Of a stretch of 20,266 nt of DNA, positions 1 to 7,244 are shown one piece after another (position 1 is the stretch's first letter; each line of letters starts with the position of its first letter). Source of the stretch: a virus; IMG/VR virus record IMGVR_UViG_3300027836_000008; one strand, 5' to 3'. The notes beneath the pieces were generated by a model that searched no databases, was not told the DNA's origin, and saw nothing but the letters and a program-made list of their open reading frames with translations. The translations under genes were made by a program, and so were the position numbers.

Positions 1-455
1 TCCATATCAAGAGCAAGTGGTGTAACGGCAATTGCCTTCATTGCTCCAGAGGCATCTCTGCCCATCTTAATATATTGTGTCTGTAACTTTCTTACACGCT
101 CTTCAGCAACCTTGTTAATTGTTTCAAACTCGGTTTTAAATACCTTACCAAAAGATTTAGAGGAGGCTACTCCGTATCTAAAATACTCACGCATTGAGAA
201 CTTGTTCTTCTCAAGTGAGTTTGTAAACGACTCAGCGGAAGTCTTAATGGTCTGCATACGAGCAGCAAACTGACCTGTAGAATTAATTGAGTTAACAAAT
301 TCTTGCTGAAGGTTTCTTTGTGCAATCGCTGCTGATGCAGACGACTTTGCTATCTGATTATGAAATTGTGAGATCTGGCGCTGTAGGTTTTTTAACTCGC
401 CTAGGGCTGCAGACGTGTCAATATTAACGCTGATATTAGCATTAACATCTGACAT
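1..455 (-). CDS. Tail tape measure protein, N-terminal part (runs off the window edge)
   Basis: Not in the ORF track. Manual translation from ATG 455 gives MSDVNANISVNIDTSAALGELKNLQRQISQFHNQIAKSSASAAIAQRNLQQEF..., open to position 1. It has an SD (GAGGTGAG), a helical Ala/Gln/Lys-rich composition and the canonical position after the tail chaperones. Confidence 0.85.
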   Translation of the reverse strand, partial: MSDVNANISVNIDTSAALGELKNLQRQISQFHNQIAKSSASAAIAQRNLQQEFVNSINSTGQFAARMQTIKTSAESFTNSLEKNKFSMREYFRYGVASSKSFGKVFKTEFETINKVAEERVRKLQTQYIKMGRDASGAMKAIAVTPLALDM

Positions 456-474
456 TCATTCTCACCTCTTTATC

Positions 475-813
475 TTATTCAGCGTTTGCTGATGCAAGGG
501 CAGCATTCAAAAATGAATCCTCGCCCAACTTAATACCAGAAGCAACATCCACAATCTTGTAAACCGTAGGAAGGTCAATATTTGCTTCCAACGCTGCTGC
601 ATCCTTTGCCAATTCTGGCTTATACTGCTCTAGTGCAATCTGCACACATTCCATTAGTACGGTCATTGACTTATCATTGTCATCTGCGACCTTTGCGATT
701 TTGTCAAACTGCTTCATGAACTTACGAAGCAAAGATACGCTAAGTGGCTTGAGAACAAGTTCTGTTCCATCCATAAGGGTAACCTTATTTGCTTCATATA
801 CTGTTGTTGTCAT
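475..813 (-). CDS. Tail assembly chaperone, short G-like copy (112 aa)
   Basis: Lies between the major tail and tape measure genes. Start moved to ATG 813 (MTTTVYEANK), which has a GGAGG SD. Sequence LKPLSVSLLRKFM...ECVQIAL...DLPTVYKIV is homologous to the N-half of 858..1535. Confidence 0.8.
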   Translation of the reverse strand: MTTTVYEANKVTLMDGTELVLKPLSVSLLRKFMKQFDKIAKVADDNDKSMTVLMECVQIALEQYKPELAKDAAALEANIDLPTVYKIVDVASGIKLGEDSFLNAALASANAE

Positions 814-839
814 TATTTCCTCCGTTAGTAGACTTACCA

Positions 840-848
840 ATTATAGCA
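840..848 (-). promoter_or_regulatory. Extended -10 promoter TGCTATAAT for the short chaperone and tape measure genes
   Basis: Perfect TGnTATAAT in the intergenic gap, followed by TGGTA as at 2278..2286. Confidence 0.7.
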
Positions 849-857
849 TGAAACAGA

Positions 858-1535
858 CTAGTTTTTCGTAAAATCTTCGTAGTCTAATCCCATGCCAATT
901 CCAAACCCTGCCTTGTTTGCATTAACTCCTTGATAGTATAAGATATCATCACTATCTTTTGCTTTTCCACCACTAAACACTCTAGCCTTCATCTCTTCCC
1001 AAGGATCTGCTTTGCCTGTTTCTTCATCTAAATTAACACCTTGCATCGCAGCATCAAACTTCTTCTGCTGATATTCAATATCTCTTTTTGTAGATAATAG
1101 TAGTGTTAACTCTGGCATTGATAGAGACTCTTCAAGTTCCTCAAAGTTCTTCCAGATTCCCGTCAAAAATGCTTCGGCTTCTAGTGTAGGCAAATCAATA
1201 TCTGCCCAGGTTGTGCCATCCCCAGATTGGGAAGACTCCTCATTCTTATTTGTTTTAATTTCTGCAGCAAACTCTAAAACCTTATATAATGTTTTTAGAT
1301 CAAATGCATTAGCAACATCTTCTTTGGTTTCATATAGACCTGGGGCAAACTGCTTCATAGCAATAAAAACACATTCTACAACTAAGTCTAGTGCCAGGTC
1401 CTGATCTTTCTCCTCTGATATAAGAATAAAGATATCCATAAATTCTCTCATATATTTAATCTTAAGAGGGTATACTTTAATTAAATTATTATTGATATCT
1501 TCTACGTAGTCAGTGTTATATACTTTTTTAGCCAT
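858..1535 (-). CDS. Tail assembly chaperone, long GT-like copy (225 aa)
   Basis: The N-terminal ~95 aa are paralogous to 475..813. A polar linker (NKNEESSQSGDG) follows, then a helical C-terminal domain (WKNFEELEESLSMPELTLLL...KKFDAAMQGVNLD). Directly downstream of the major tail gene. Confidence 0.75.
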   Translation of the reverse strand: MAKKVYNTDYVEDINNNLIKVYPLKIKYMREFMDIFILISEEKDQDLALDLVVECVFIAMKQFAPGLYETKEDVANAFDLKTLYKVLEFAAEIKTNKNEESSQSGDGTTWADIDLPTLEAEAFLTGIWKNFEELEESLSMPELTLLLSTKRDIEYQQKKFDAAMQGVNLDEETGKADPWEEMKARVFSGGKAKDSDDILYYQGVNANKAGFGIGMGLDYEDFTKN

Positions 1536-1541
1536 TTTACA

Positions 1542-1550
1542 AGTATACCA
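1542..1550 (-). promoter_or_regulatory. Extended -10 promoter TGGTATACT, probably leaderless
   Basis: TGGTATACT, then 6 nt (TGTAAA), then ATG 1535, with no SD. The same 9-mer occurs at 10055..10063. Confidence 0.65.
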
Positions 1551-1589
1551 AAAGAAAACAGAAAAGCCCAGACTTTATTGGTCTGGGCT
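1551..1589 (-). terminator. Intrinsic terminator after the major tail gene
   Basis: Minus strand reads AGCCCAGAC-CAATAAA-GTCTGGGCT (9-bp perfect stem), followed by TTTCTGTTTTCTTT. Confidence 0.85.
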
Positions 1590-1608
1590 AATCCTATATT
1601 AAGTTGTA

Positions 1609-2223
1609 TTAGGCTGAAACGGTACGATCTACGATCTTTCCGTATGAACCTGAGTTATTTGGAAGAAGACGGAAAGTTACATCGAACATTGTCGCTGCAT
1701 CTCTCTTAGCAGATACTGTAACGCTTTCAATTGAAAGTGCACGGTATGCTGTGTAAATTCTTTCCAAGTTTGAACCTTCAGCACAGTCGCCTGTACCTGG
1801 TCCTACTGCAACAAGACCACGCTCAACTGGACATTCACCAATTTCGCCTGCTGACATGTTGAGTACTGTTCCTCCACCTGTAAGATCTCCTGGTGCGCCT
1901 GCGAGAGCGAAGAGAAGATTTTCCAAGGTTGCTTCTGCGAAAGATGTCTTCATGTTAACCTTCATACCTTGCTTGAACAGTTTTGCTGCGTCAAGTACTT
2001 GGTCAACTGCAACTTCTGCGAAGTCTGGTTGGAACTGAATCTCTAGACCATTAGATGTATATCCGACGTTACGGAAATCTGTATCCGCCTCAAGTGTATC
2101 CTTAAAAGAATCACCGTCGACGTATGCTGGTAGGTCTGCTGCGGTTAATTCACCAGCCTCGTATGTGAACAGCGCTGCTGCTCCTACGATAATCTGTGAA
2201 CTGTTACCTCTTGTATATGCCAT
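1609..2223 (-). CDS. Major tail (tube) protein
   Basis: Motifs FRNVGYTSNGLEIQFQPDF.EV.VDQ, TSFAEATLENL and FDVTFRLLP are typical of siphovirus tail tube proteins. ATG 2223 has a GAGGTGA SD. The gene has its own promoter and terminator. Confidence 0.85.
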   Translation of the reverse strand: MAYTRGNSSQIIVGAAALFTYEAGELTAADLPAYVDGDSFKDTLEADTDFRNVGYTSNGLEIQFQPDFAEVAVDQVLDAAKLFKQGMKVNMKTSFAEATLENLLFALAGAPGDLTGGGTVLNMSAGEIGECPVERGLVAVGPGTGDCAEGSNLERIYTAYRALSIESVTVSAKRDAATMFDVTFRLLPNNSGSYGKIVDRTVSA

Positions 2224-2277
2224 AGTTTTCACCTCTTTTTTCTGTTTGAAATAAAGGCGTTTGTTTCCTCACTACCA

Positions 2278-2286
2278 ATTATAACA
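2278..2286 (-). promoter_or_regulatory. Extended -10 promoter TGTTATAAT for the major tail gene
   Basis: TGTTATAATTGGTA. A second TATAAT (GGCTATAAT) sits just upstream at 2293..2301. Confidence 0.7.
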
Positions 2287-2300
2287 GCGTTTATTATAGC

Positions 2301-2936
2301 CTAAAGAATGATCTTGGTGGCTAACTTAGGCTCTGGGGTCCAGTCATCAAAGGTGAGGCCATCGGATACTGTTTCGTATATAGCCTTGCCATTTTCAGCA
2401 AAACCAGCAATTCTTTTGCTACCCATCTGATGGTAGTCATAATCAATAATTATCTTATTTCCTCCGTATGTACGGGCTGTGCCAAAGTCAATAATGTCAC
2501 GAGTTTCTTCTAGTTGGTAAACCTTGAAGTTGTGAAAATAGAATTGATTGTTTATTAGTGTTCCATCGTCAAGCCTTATCTGTCTATTGGAGCACCAGTT
2601 ATTAACCTCTTCTGCTGTTTCATCAAATCTATCCATAAGTCTCAATACTGCCTCTTGGATTTTAACCATATTCAAGGTAGAGTTTTCTGCAGTAGCATAA
2701 AAGTAATACATAATCTGCTCACACTTAATATGTGGAAAACCAGTTTTGTTCATTTTTATAAGTCTATCCCATGTTCCCATAACCCCACCTTCTGGAAAAG
2801 ATGAGTTTAGATCATTAAGTGTTGATGGAGATGATGGGAAGAGTGGAGCGTCTATGCCTGTCAGCAATGGGATTTTAGTTTCTAAATATTTATTAATCCA
2901 TATTACTGGCGTGTTTAGTAGATCGTTGTCTGCCAT
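2301..2936 (-). CDS. Putative tail terminator / tail completion protein
   Basis: 211-aa ORF immediately upstream of the major tail gene, TAATG-coupled to the previous gene. Function assigned mainly from synteny. Confidence 0.55.
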   Translation of the reverse strand: MADNDLLNTPVIWINKYLETKIPLLTGIDAPLFPSSPSTLNDLNSSFPEGGVMGTWDRLIKMNKTGFPHIKCEQIMYYFYATAENSTLNMVKIQEAVLRLMDRFDETAEEVNNWCSNRQIRLDDGTLINNQFYFHNFKVYQLEETRDIIDFGTARTYGGNKIIIDYDYHQMGSKRIAGFAENGKAIYETVSDGLTFDDWTPEPKLATKIIL

Positions 2937-3607
2937 TATGATACCTTTGCATTTACTATCCAGCGATAGCCAGTTTCAATGCCCTTTCCTCTTCCCTGCT
3001 TTGAACCAGCAGCAAAGTTATTTTTGTAAATCTGTACATTTTCTAGTTCTGATAATGCACCAGACTTTCTTAAAAATGCCTGTGTAAAATATTGTGTAAA
3101 GAACTGATCAACAATAGACTCAAACCCACCTTGTGAGTTTCCTCCAGGGTTATCCACAACTACTGGCCCCTTAGTAAATACTTGTTCTCCATCAACTTCA
3201 AAACTTAAAACCTTTGCTTTAACTGGAGCAATCGTTACTGGAATACCATCTTCCATAATTCTTGCTTTGTCGTAGAATGGTGTGCGTGATCCATTCTTAA
3301 TTGTCATTGACTGTGAGAATGTAGACTTAAAAGATAGCCCAAGGTTACTTACAGTGTAATGAATATCAAAGAGTCTTGCATCTGGACTACCATTCTGGTA
3401 CCACTCATATACGTGATGAAGCCTTGATGGGTTTACTCTTGCGCTTGAGTCAATATATTCCTTAACAAGTTCTGTGATATCTCTACCTAGGCTATCTAAG
3501 AAGATTCTCTTGCCCTTTTCAATACCTTCTAGAAATCCAAAAGAATAATCAATTATATTGTTTAGATCTCTCACTAGATCTTTGTCATTAATCTTAATTG
3601 ATATCAT
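2936..3607 (-). CDS. Putative neck / virion morphogenesis protein
   Basis: 223-aa ORF with an ATGA overlap. Contains LHHVYEW, KARIMEDGIPVTIAP and VFTKGPVVVDNPGG. Position between head closure and tail terminator. Confidence 0.55.
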   Translation of the reverse strand: MISIKINDKDLVRDLNNIIDYSFGFLEGIEKGKRIFLDSLGRDITELVKEYIDSSARVNPSRLHHVYEWYQNGSPDARLFDIHYTVSNLGLSFKSTFSQSMTIKNGSRTPFYDKARIMEDGIPVTIAPVKAKVLSFEVDGEQVFTKGPVVVDNPGGNSQGGFESIVDQFFTQYFTQAFLRKSGALSELENVQIYKNNFAAGSKQGRGKGIETGYRWIVNAKVS

Positions 3608-4050
3608 ATGTCTACCGCCTGATTCTCAGAACGACGAAGAACTAACTTGTAGTATTCGACTCCACCAAAGGGACCTACAAACGGCTCTTGTGATGCTACC
3701 TCAAAGATTGTAGGCTTGCCTGCACGTACTCCAGATGTTTCCATGTAGATGCTGTTACAGTTTCTGTCCTGTATATTTGTCAAAACAACGTTAGTTAGAG
3801 ATGTTCCAGAATCAAGATTTGAGACTCTGATGTCCGACTTAACTCTGCCAATAAGCATTGTGTCTTGTGTTATATTTACGTTTGGAATAATTTCTTCTTT
3901 TGCTTTTAATCCTGCCGTTGTAAAGTGACAAGCAATAGTCTTATTAAGCATCCACTGCTTCTTAACGTTGCCGTATGCTCCTTGTTCAACTATAGGATAG
4001 AATACATCTACCTGCATAGGGAACATAAAGTCTTTTCCCTCGCATTGCAT
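3604..4050 (-). CDS. Putative head closure (stopper) protein
   Basis: 148-aa beta-rich ORF with the YGNVKKQW...YYKLVLRRS pattern, TAATG-coupled after the adaptor gene. Synteny supports the call. Confidence 0.55.
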   Translation of the reverse strand: MQCEGKDFMFPMQVDVFYPIVEQGAYGNVKKQWMLNKTIACHFTTAGLKAKEEIIPNVNITQDTMLIGRVKSDIRVSNLDSGTSLTNVVLTNIQDRNCNSIYMETSGVRAGKPTIFEVASQEPFVGPFGGVEYYKLVLRRSENQAVDI

Positions 4051-4961
4051 TAGATCAATCCTGGCTTAGGTATTGTGACAGTGTACTTATCCAAAATCTT
4101 GTCAACAATCATATTGCCAGTTCCTTCAAATAGTTTTTTATCAAACTGAATTTTAAACTGATCAGAGTTATATGAGGAAACGTAGCGGGTATAGTAGTCT
4201 AATTTTCCACACTTAAGATCTTCGATAAGCAACTTAGTTGCGTACTCTACATCTGGCGGAACAGCCTTGTATCCACTGTCTAAAACAAATATGTAGTCCC
4301 ATCCTCGTGGGAACCCAACAGCAATTGATCCTGCTGAATAGCCTAAGTCTCCAAATGCTCTAGGATATTGTTGTGCACCCTGTTCGGATCTATTAAATCT
4401 TTCTGCAATAACTCTTTCAATTGCAGAGTTATCAAATGTTACCCTGAAGTCAAACTGATTTGTTTCTGGTGTGTCAATATCATAAATAAGTTCATTGTTT
4501 TCATAAACCTTTAGCACCTTGTTTACACTTTCCCAAATTGAGAAGTAGTCTGACCCATCTGCTGCTTTTTGAACTATGTGCTTGCTATTGTAAAATCCAT
4601 CTGTGATTACTGTATCAATAATAGAACGAGCAACCATTTCTAAAGTCTTGTATTCTTGAATCTCAGATGCTGTTGATCCGAGTTTTGCTGGGTCTATGTA
4701 TGGTCTTACTATGTCTAGGTTCTCTTCATAAAGAGTATGTTCGTGTTCTGTATCGTAGAACTTAATTAAAAAGTTTCTGTCATACTGTACCTTGGCCAAT
4801 GGCAGCGTATAAACAAGTTTGCCATTTGCATCTGAAGATATAGTTGTTTCTTCTACTGAGTGGTCCACCAAATCCTCAACATAGACAATATACTCATAGT
4901 TTGGTATGGGCAGTGTCCATGTTGTTGTTAAAGGATATGGTGGAACTCTCAATACTTCCAT
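4050..4961 (-). CDS. Putative head-tail adaptor protein with N-terminal extension
   Basis: C-half has ARSIIDT..., SGYKAVPPDVEYATKLLIEDL and TGNMIVDKILDKY, resembling head-tail adaptor proteins. Second gene after the capsid gene. Confidence 0.65.
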   Translation of the reverse strand: MEVLRVPPYPLTTTWTLPIPNYEYIVYVEDLVDHSVEETTISSDANGKLVYTLPLAKVQYDRNFLIKFYDTEHEHTLYEENLDIVRPYIDPAKLGSTASEIQEYKTLEMVARSIIDTVITDGFYNSKHIVQKAADGSDYFSIWESVNKVLKVYENNELIYDIDTPETNQFDFRVTFDNSAIERVIAERFNRSEQGAQQYPRAFGDLGYSAGSIAVGFPRGWDYIFVLDSGYKAVPPDVEYATKLLIEDLKCGKLDYYTRYVSSYNSDQFKIQFDKKLFEGTGNMIVDKILDKYTVTIPKPGLI

Positions 4962-4964
4962 CTG

Positions 4965-5423
4965 TTACTTACCGAATGCCTTTGCAACTTCTTCTGGTGT
5001 TGCCACACGGATGTGTGAGCGAGTAAGCCATTGATCAGCAGCAACCTTGTCTACAACATTGTATCCTGAGTAGACCTTTCCGACTCCTGGCCAAGTAACA
5101 TTCTTTGTAGAATGTAGTGCTACAGTTTCCTGAGCAACCTTCTTCTTGGAAGGTGCTGACTTCTTTGCTGGGCGTGGAGTAGTAGCAACACCGATTGCTC
5201 CGTCTGCCACTGATCCAACTGCTTGTACTTCTGCTGTTGAAGGAGCGAAAGCATCTGTTCCTACGACTGCTTGCTCTTCTACTGCTTCTGGTGCTTCAAC
5301 GATTGCTGGTGCCTCTTCAACCTGTACTGGTTCTGGAGTTACTTCTTCAACAACTGGTGCTTCAGCAGTTTCAACAGGAGCATCAATCTTTTCTTCTTCA
5401 ACTGGATTATTCAAATTTTCCAT
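4965..5423 (-). CDS. Hypothetical protein: acidic disordered N-terminus plus small C-terminal domain
   Basis: 152 aa with an AGGAGG SD and its own promoter. About 80 E/A/P/V-rich residues, a basic linker (PRPAKKSAPSKKK), then a ~52-aa globular-looking domain. Confidence 0.75.
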   Translation of the reverse strand: MENLNNPVEEEKIDAPVETAEAPVVEEVTPEPVQVEEAPAIVEAPEAVEEQAVVGTDAFAPSTAEVQAVGSVADGAIGVATTPRPAKKSAPSKKKVAQETVALHSTKNVTWPGVGKVYSGYNVVDKVAADQWLTRSHIRVATPEEVAKAFGK

Positions 5424-5443
5424 TTTTATTCCTCCTAAATAGT

Positions 5444-5452
5444 ATTATATCA
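5444..5452 (-). promoter_or_regulatory. Extended -10 promoter TGATATAAT
   Basis: Perfect TGnTATAAT just downstream of the post-capsid hairpin and upstream of the AGGAGG SD. Confidence 0.7.
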
Positions 5453-5454
5453 TT

Positions 5455-5494
5455 AAATTGATAAGGGGAGCAGGAGCGTTAACTCCTACTCCCC
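5455..5494 (-). terminator. Hairpin / probable terminator after the major capsid gene
   Basis: Minus strand reads GGGGAGTAGGAG-TTAACG-CTCCTGCTCCCC, a 12-bp stem with one U-G pair that forms only on the minus strand. It is followed by a weak U-tract (TTATCAATTT). Confidence 0.7.
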
Positions 5495-5514
5495 CAAATC
5501 TTTACTGTTACAGA

Positions 5515-6669
5515 TTATGCATCTGATGCAGCGTCAGCCCATGCAATGGCATCTTGTTCTTCCCACTGAATACCGAAGCGAACGAAGACTGTATATTCTA
5601 CAGTGTCCTTCTTTGGCTTGTATTCACGGTTAACAGTGATGTCACGCTGGAAGCCCCATACACGGTTCTGTGGGAATGTCAAGTCGACATATCCTGCAGG
5701 GTAGTAAGGAACTTCTTGTACGTCGATTCCGAGGACACGAGTTGTACGTGCTCCACCGAATGTCTGTCCATTTCCATCAAGGTATGCTTGACGGTTAGCA
5801 GGTGTACCTGCTGCACCAGCGTGTGATCCAAATGCTTCTGCGATTGCATCTGCAAGTGTACCGTTGTTCTTAACGATACCCTGGAACACATCTGTACCTG
5901 CGTAGAACTTAAGGTTATTCTTAAGTGCACGGTACTTACGTGGCATTGCTAGGATAATGTTCTGCATAACTTCTGGAGTCCATCCACCATTTGAAACAGT
6001 TACTACTGATTCGTGAGCGTCTCCTTCAGTCTTTACACGGTTTACGAAACCGTTCATGATACCAAGGAATGCTCCGTCGTCAGAGTCTCCTGTACCATTG
6101 ATAGCGAGATCTTCGATGTCGTTACCGAAAGCGTTTGTCATAAGACGAACGATGTGATCTTCAAGTGCTGCACCTTCGATGTTATCTTCAAGTGCTTCTG
6201 CTGTGACTTCCCAGTCAAGGCGAATCTTCTTTGTTGTAAGTTCTACCTTTGAGAAAGTTGCTCCAGCGTTTGTGTAATCTCCGATTGCTTGTGCAGCCGA
6301 ACGAATAACACGCTCACCAACGTTTACCTTTTCAAGTTCCATGGTGTTTGCTCTCATCGTGACTCTACGTCCGTCTTGAGCGAGTACAGTTGCATCCCAC
6401 ACGTAATCAATAAATTGACGTGCTTGTTCAGGGCGAAGGATTCCGCTAGCGGCCTCACCTGAAGGATTTACTGCATTTGGTCCTGATGTTACTCCTGAGA
6501 GTGCTGTAGGAATGTTTCCTAGTACGCCACCATCAGTGTAGTTACCTGGTACGTTTGCTGCTGTATCTGATCCTGATGCAAATGCTCCTTGACCCTGATA
6601 GAGTCCTGGTGCAGTTCCACCGATGTTACCAGATGTACCTGGCTGATTCTTCTTAATTTCTTCTGACAT
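5515..6669 (-). CDS. Major capsid protein (HK97 fold)
   Basis: Motifs GILRPEQARQFIDYV, KIRLDWEVTAEALEDNIEG, FGNDIEDLAINGTG and REYKPKKDTVEYTVFVRFG. GGAGGTGA SD. Follows the protease/scaffold gene. Confidence 0.93.
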   Translation of the reverse strand: MSEEIKKNQPGTSGNIGGTAPGLYQGQGAFASGSDTAANVPGNYTDGGVLGNIPTALSGVTSGPNAVNPSGEAASGILRPEQARQFIDYVWDATVLAQDGRRVTMRANTMELEKVNVGERVIRSAAQAIGDYTNAGATFSKVELTTKKIRLDWEVTAEALEDNIEGAALEDHIVRLMTNAFGNDIEDLAINGTGDSDDGAFLGIMNGFVNRVKTEGDAHESVVTVSNGGWTPEVMQNIILAMPRKYRALKNNLKFYAGTDVFQGIVKNNGTLADAIAEAFGSHAGAAGTPANRQAYLDGNGQTFGGARTTRVLGIDVQEVPYYPAGYVDLTFPQNRVWGFQRDITVNREYKPKKDTVEYTVFVRFGIQWEEQDAIAWADAASDA

Positions 6670-6692
6670 TTATTTCACCTCCAAGTGATTTT

Positions 6693-7244
6693 CTAACTAA
6701 ATAGATCGGTTGTTTTGAGGAAACGTCCGCCCCATAGGGATTTTTCAACCATTTCAGGTTGATCCTGAATAATCTCACCGAGATCACCAGACTTTCGGAA
6801 AGCAGTATCCGCTTCTACAGCATCTACACGCTTACCAAATTCACTGAACTCATCTTTTGCTGAAGCAATGTCTTTTGCGACTGCTTCAAATGAATCCTTT
6901 ACTGCATCAACATCGACCTTTGTAGACTTAAGAAGTTCTACTTCTGCCTGCAAGGACTTGACTGTTGATAATAGATCGCTAAAGGCTGTTGTAAGATTGT
7001 CCTTGATATCTGCAACTACTGCTGCAACATCGTCAGACTTCTTTGCCTTGTCTTCTTCCATTTCATCTGCTGGCTTTTCGCTAGCATCTTCTGCTGGAGT
7101 TTCTTCATCTGCATGTGGCTTCATAGCCTTTTCTGCATCTGTTGATTCTTCGACAATAGCCTCTGGAGCGACCTCTGCTTCTACAACTGTAGCATCTGAT
7201 TTCTCAACGATTTCTTCTACTACTTCGTTTGTTGTTTCTGTCAT
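6693..7244 (-). CDS. Putative nested in-frame scaffolding protein (183 aa)
   Basis: Internal AAGGAGGT SD (7252..7259) lies 7 nt before in-frame ATG 7244 (MTETTNEVVEE), exactly where the acidic/coiled-coil region begins. Confidence 0.7.
   Translation of the reverse strand: MTETTNEVVEEIVEKSDATVVEAEVAPEAIVEESTDAEKAMKPHADEETPAEDASEKPADEMEEDKAKKSDDVAAVVADIKDNLTTAFSDLLSTVKSLQAEVELLKSTKVDVDAVKDSFEAVAKDIASAKDEFSEFGKRVDAVEADTAFRKSGDLGEIIQDQPEMVEKSLWGGRFLKTTDLFS

Noticed and set aside
455-530. Frameshift or readthrough from the short chaperone into the tape measure gene
   Set aside because: Only a 5-T run (TCATTTTTG) lies near the end, not a slippery heptamer. The tape-measure frame also has a TGA just upstream of ATG 455.
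5146-5461. Plus-strand ORFs of 98 and 88 aa
   Set aside because: Antisense shadows of the low-complexity 152-aa gene. The Leu/Gln-rich product is a codon artefact.
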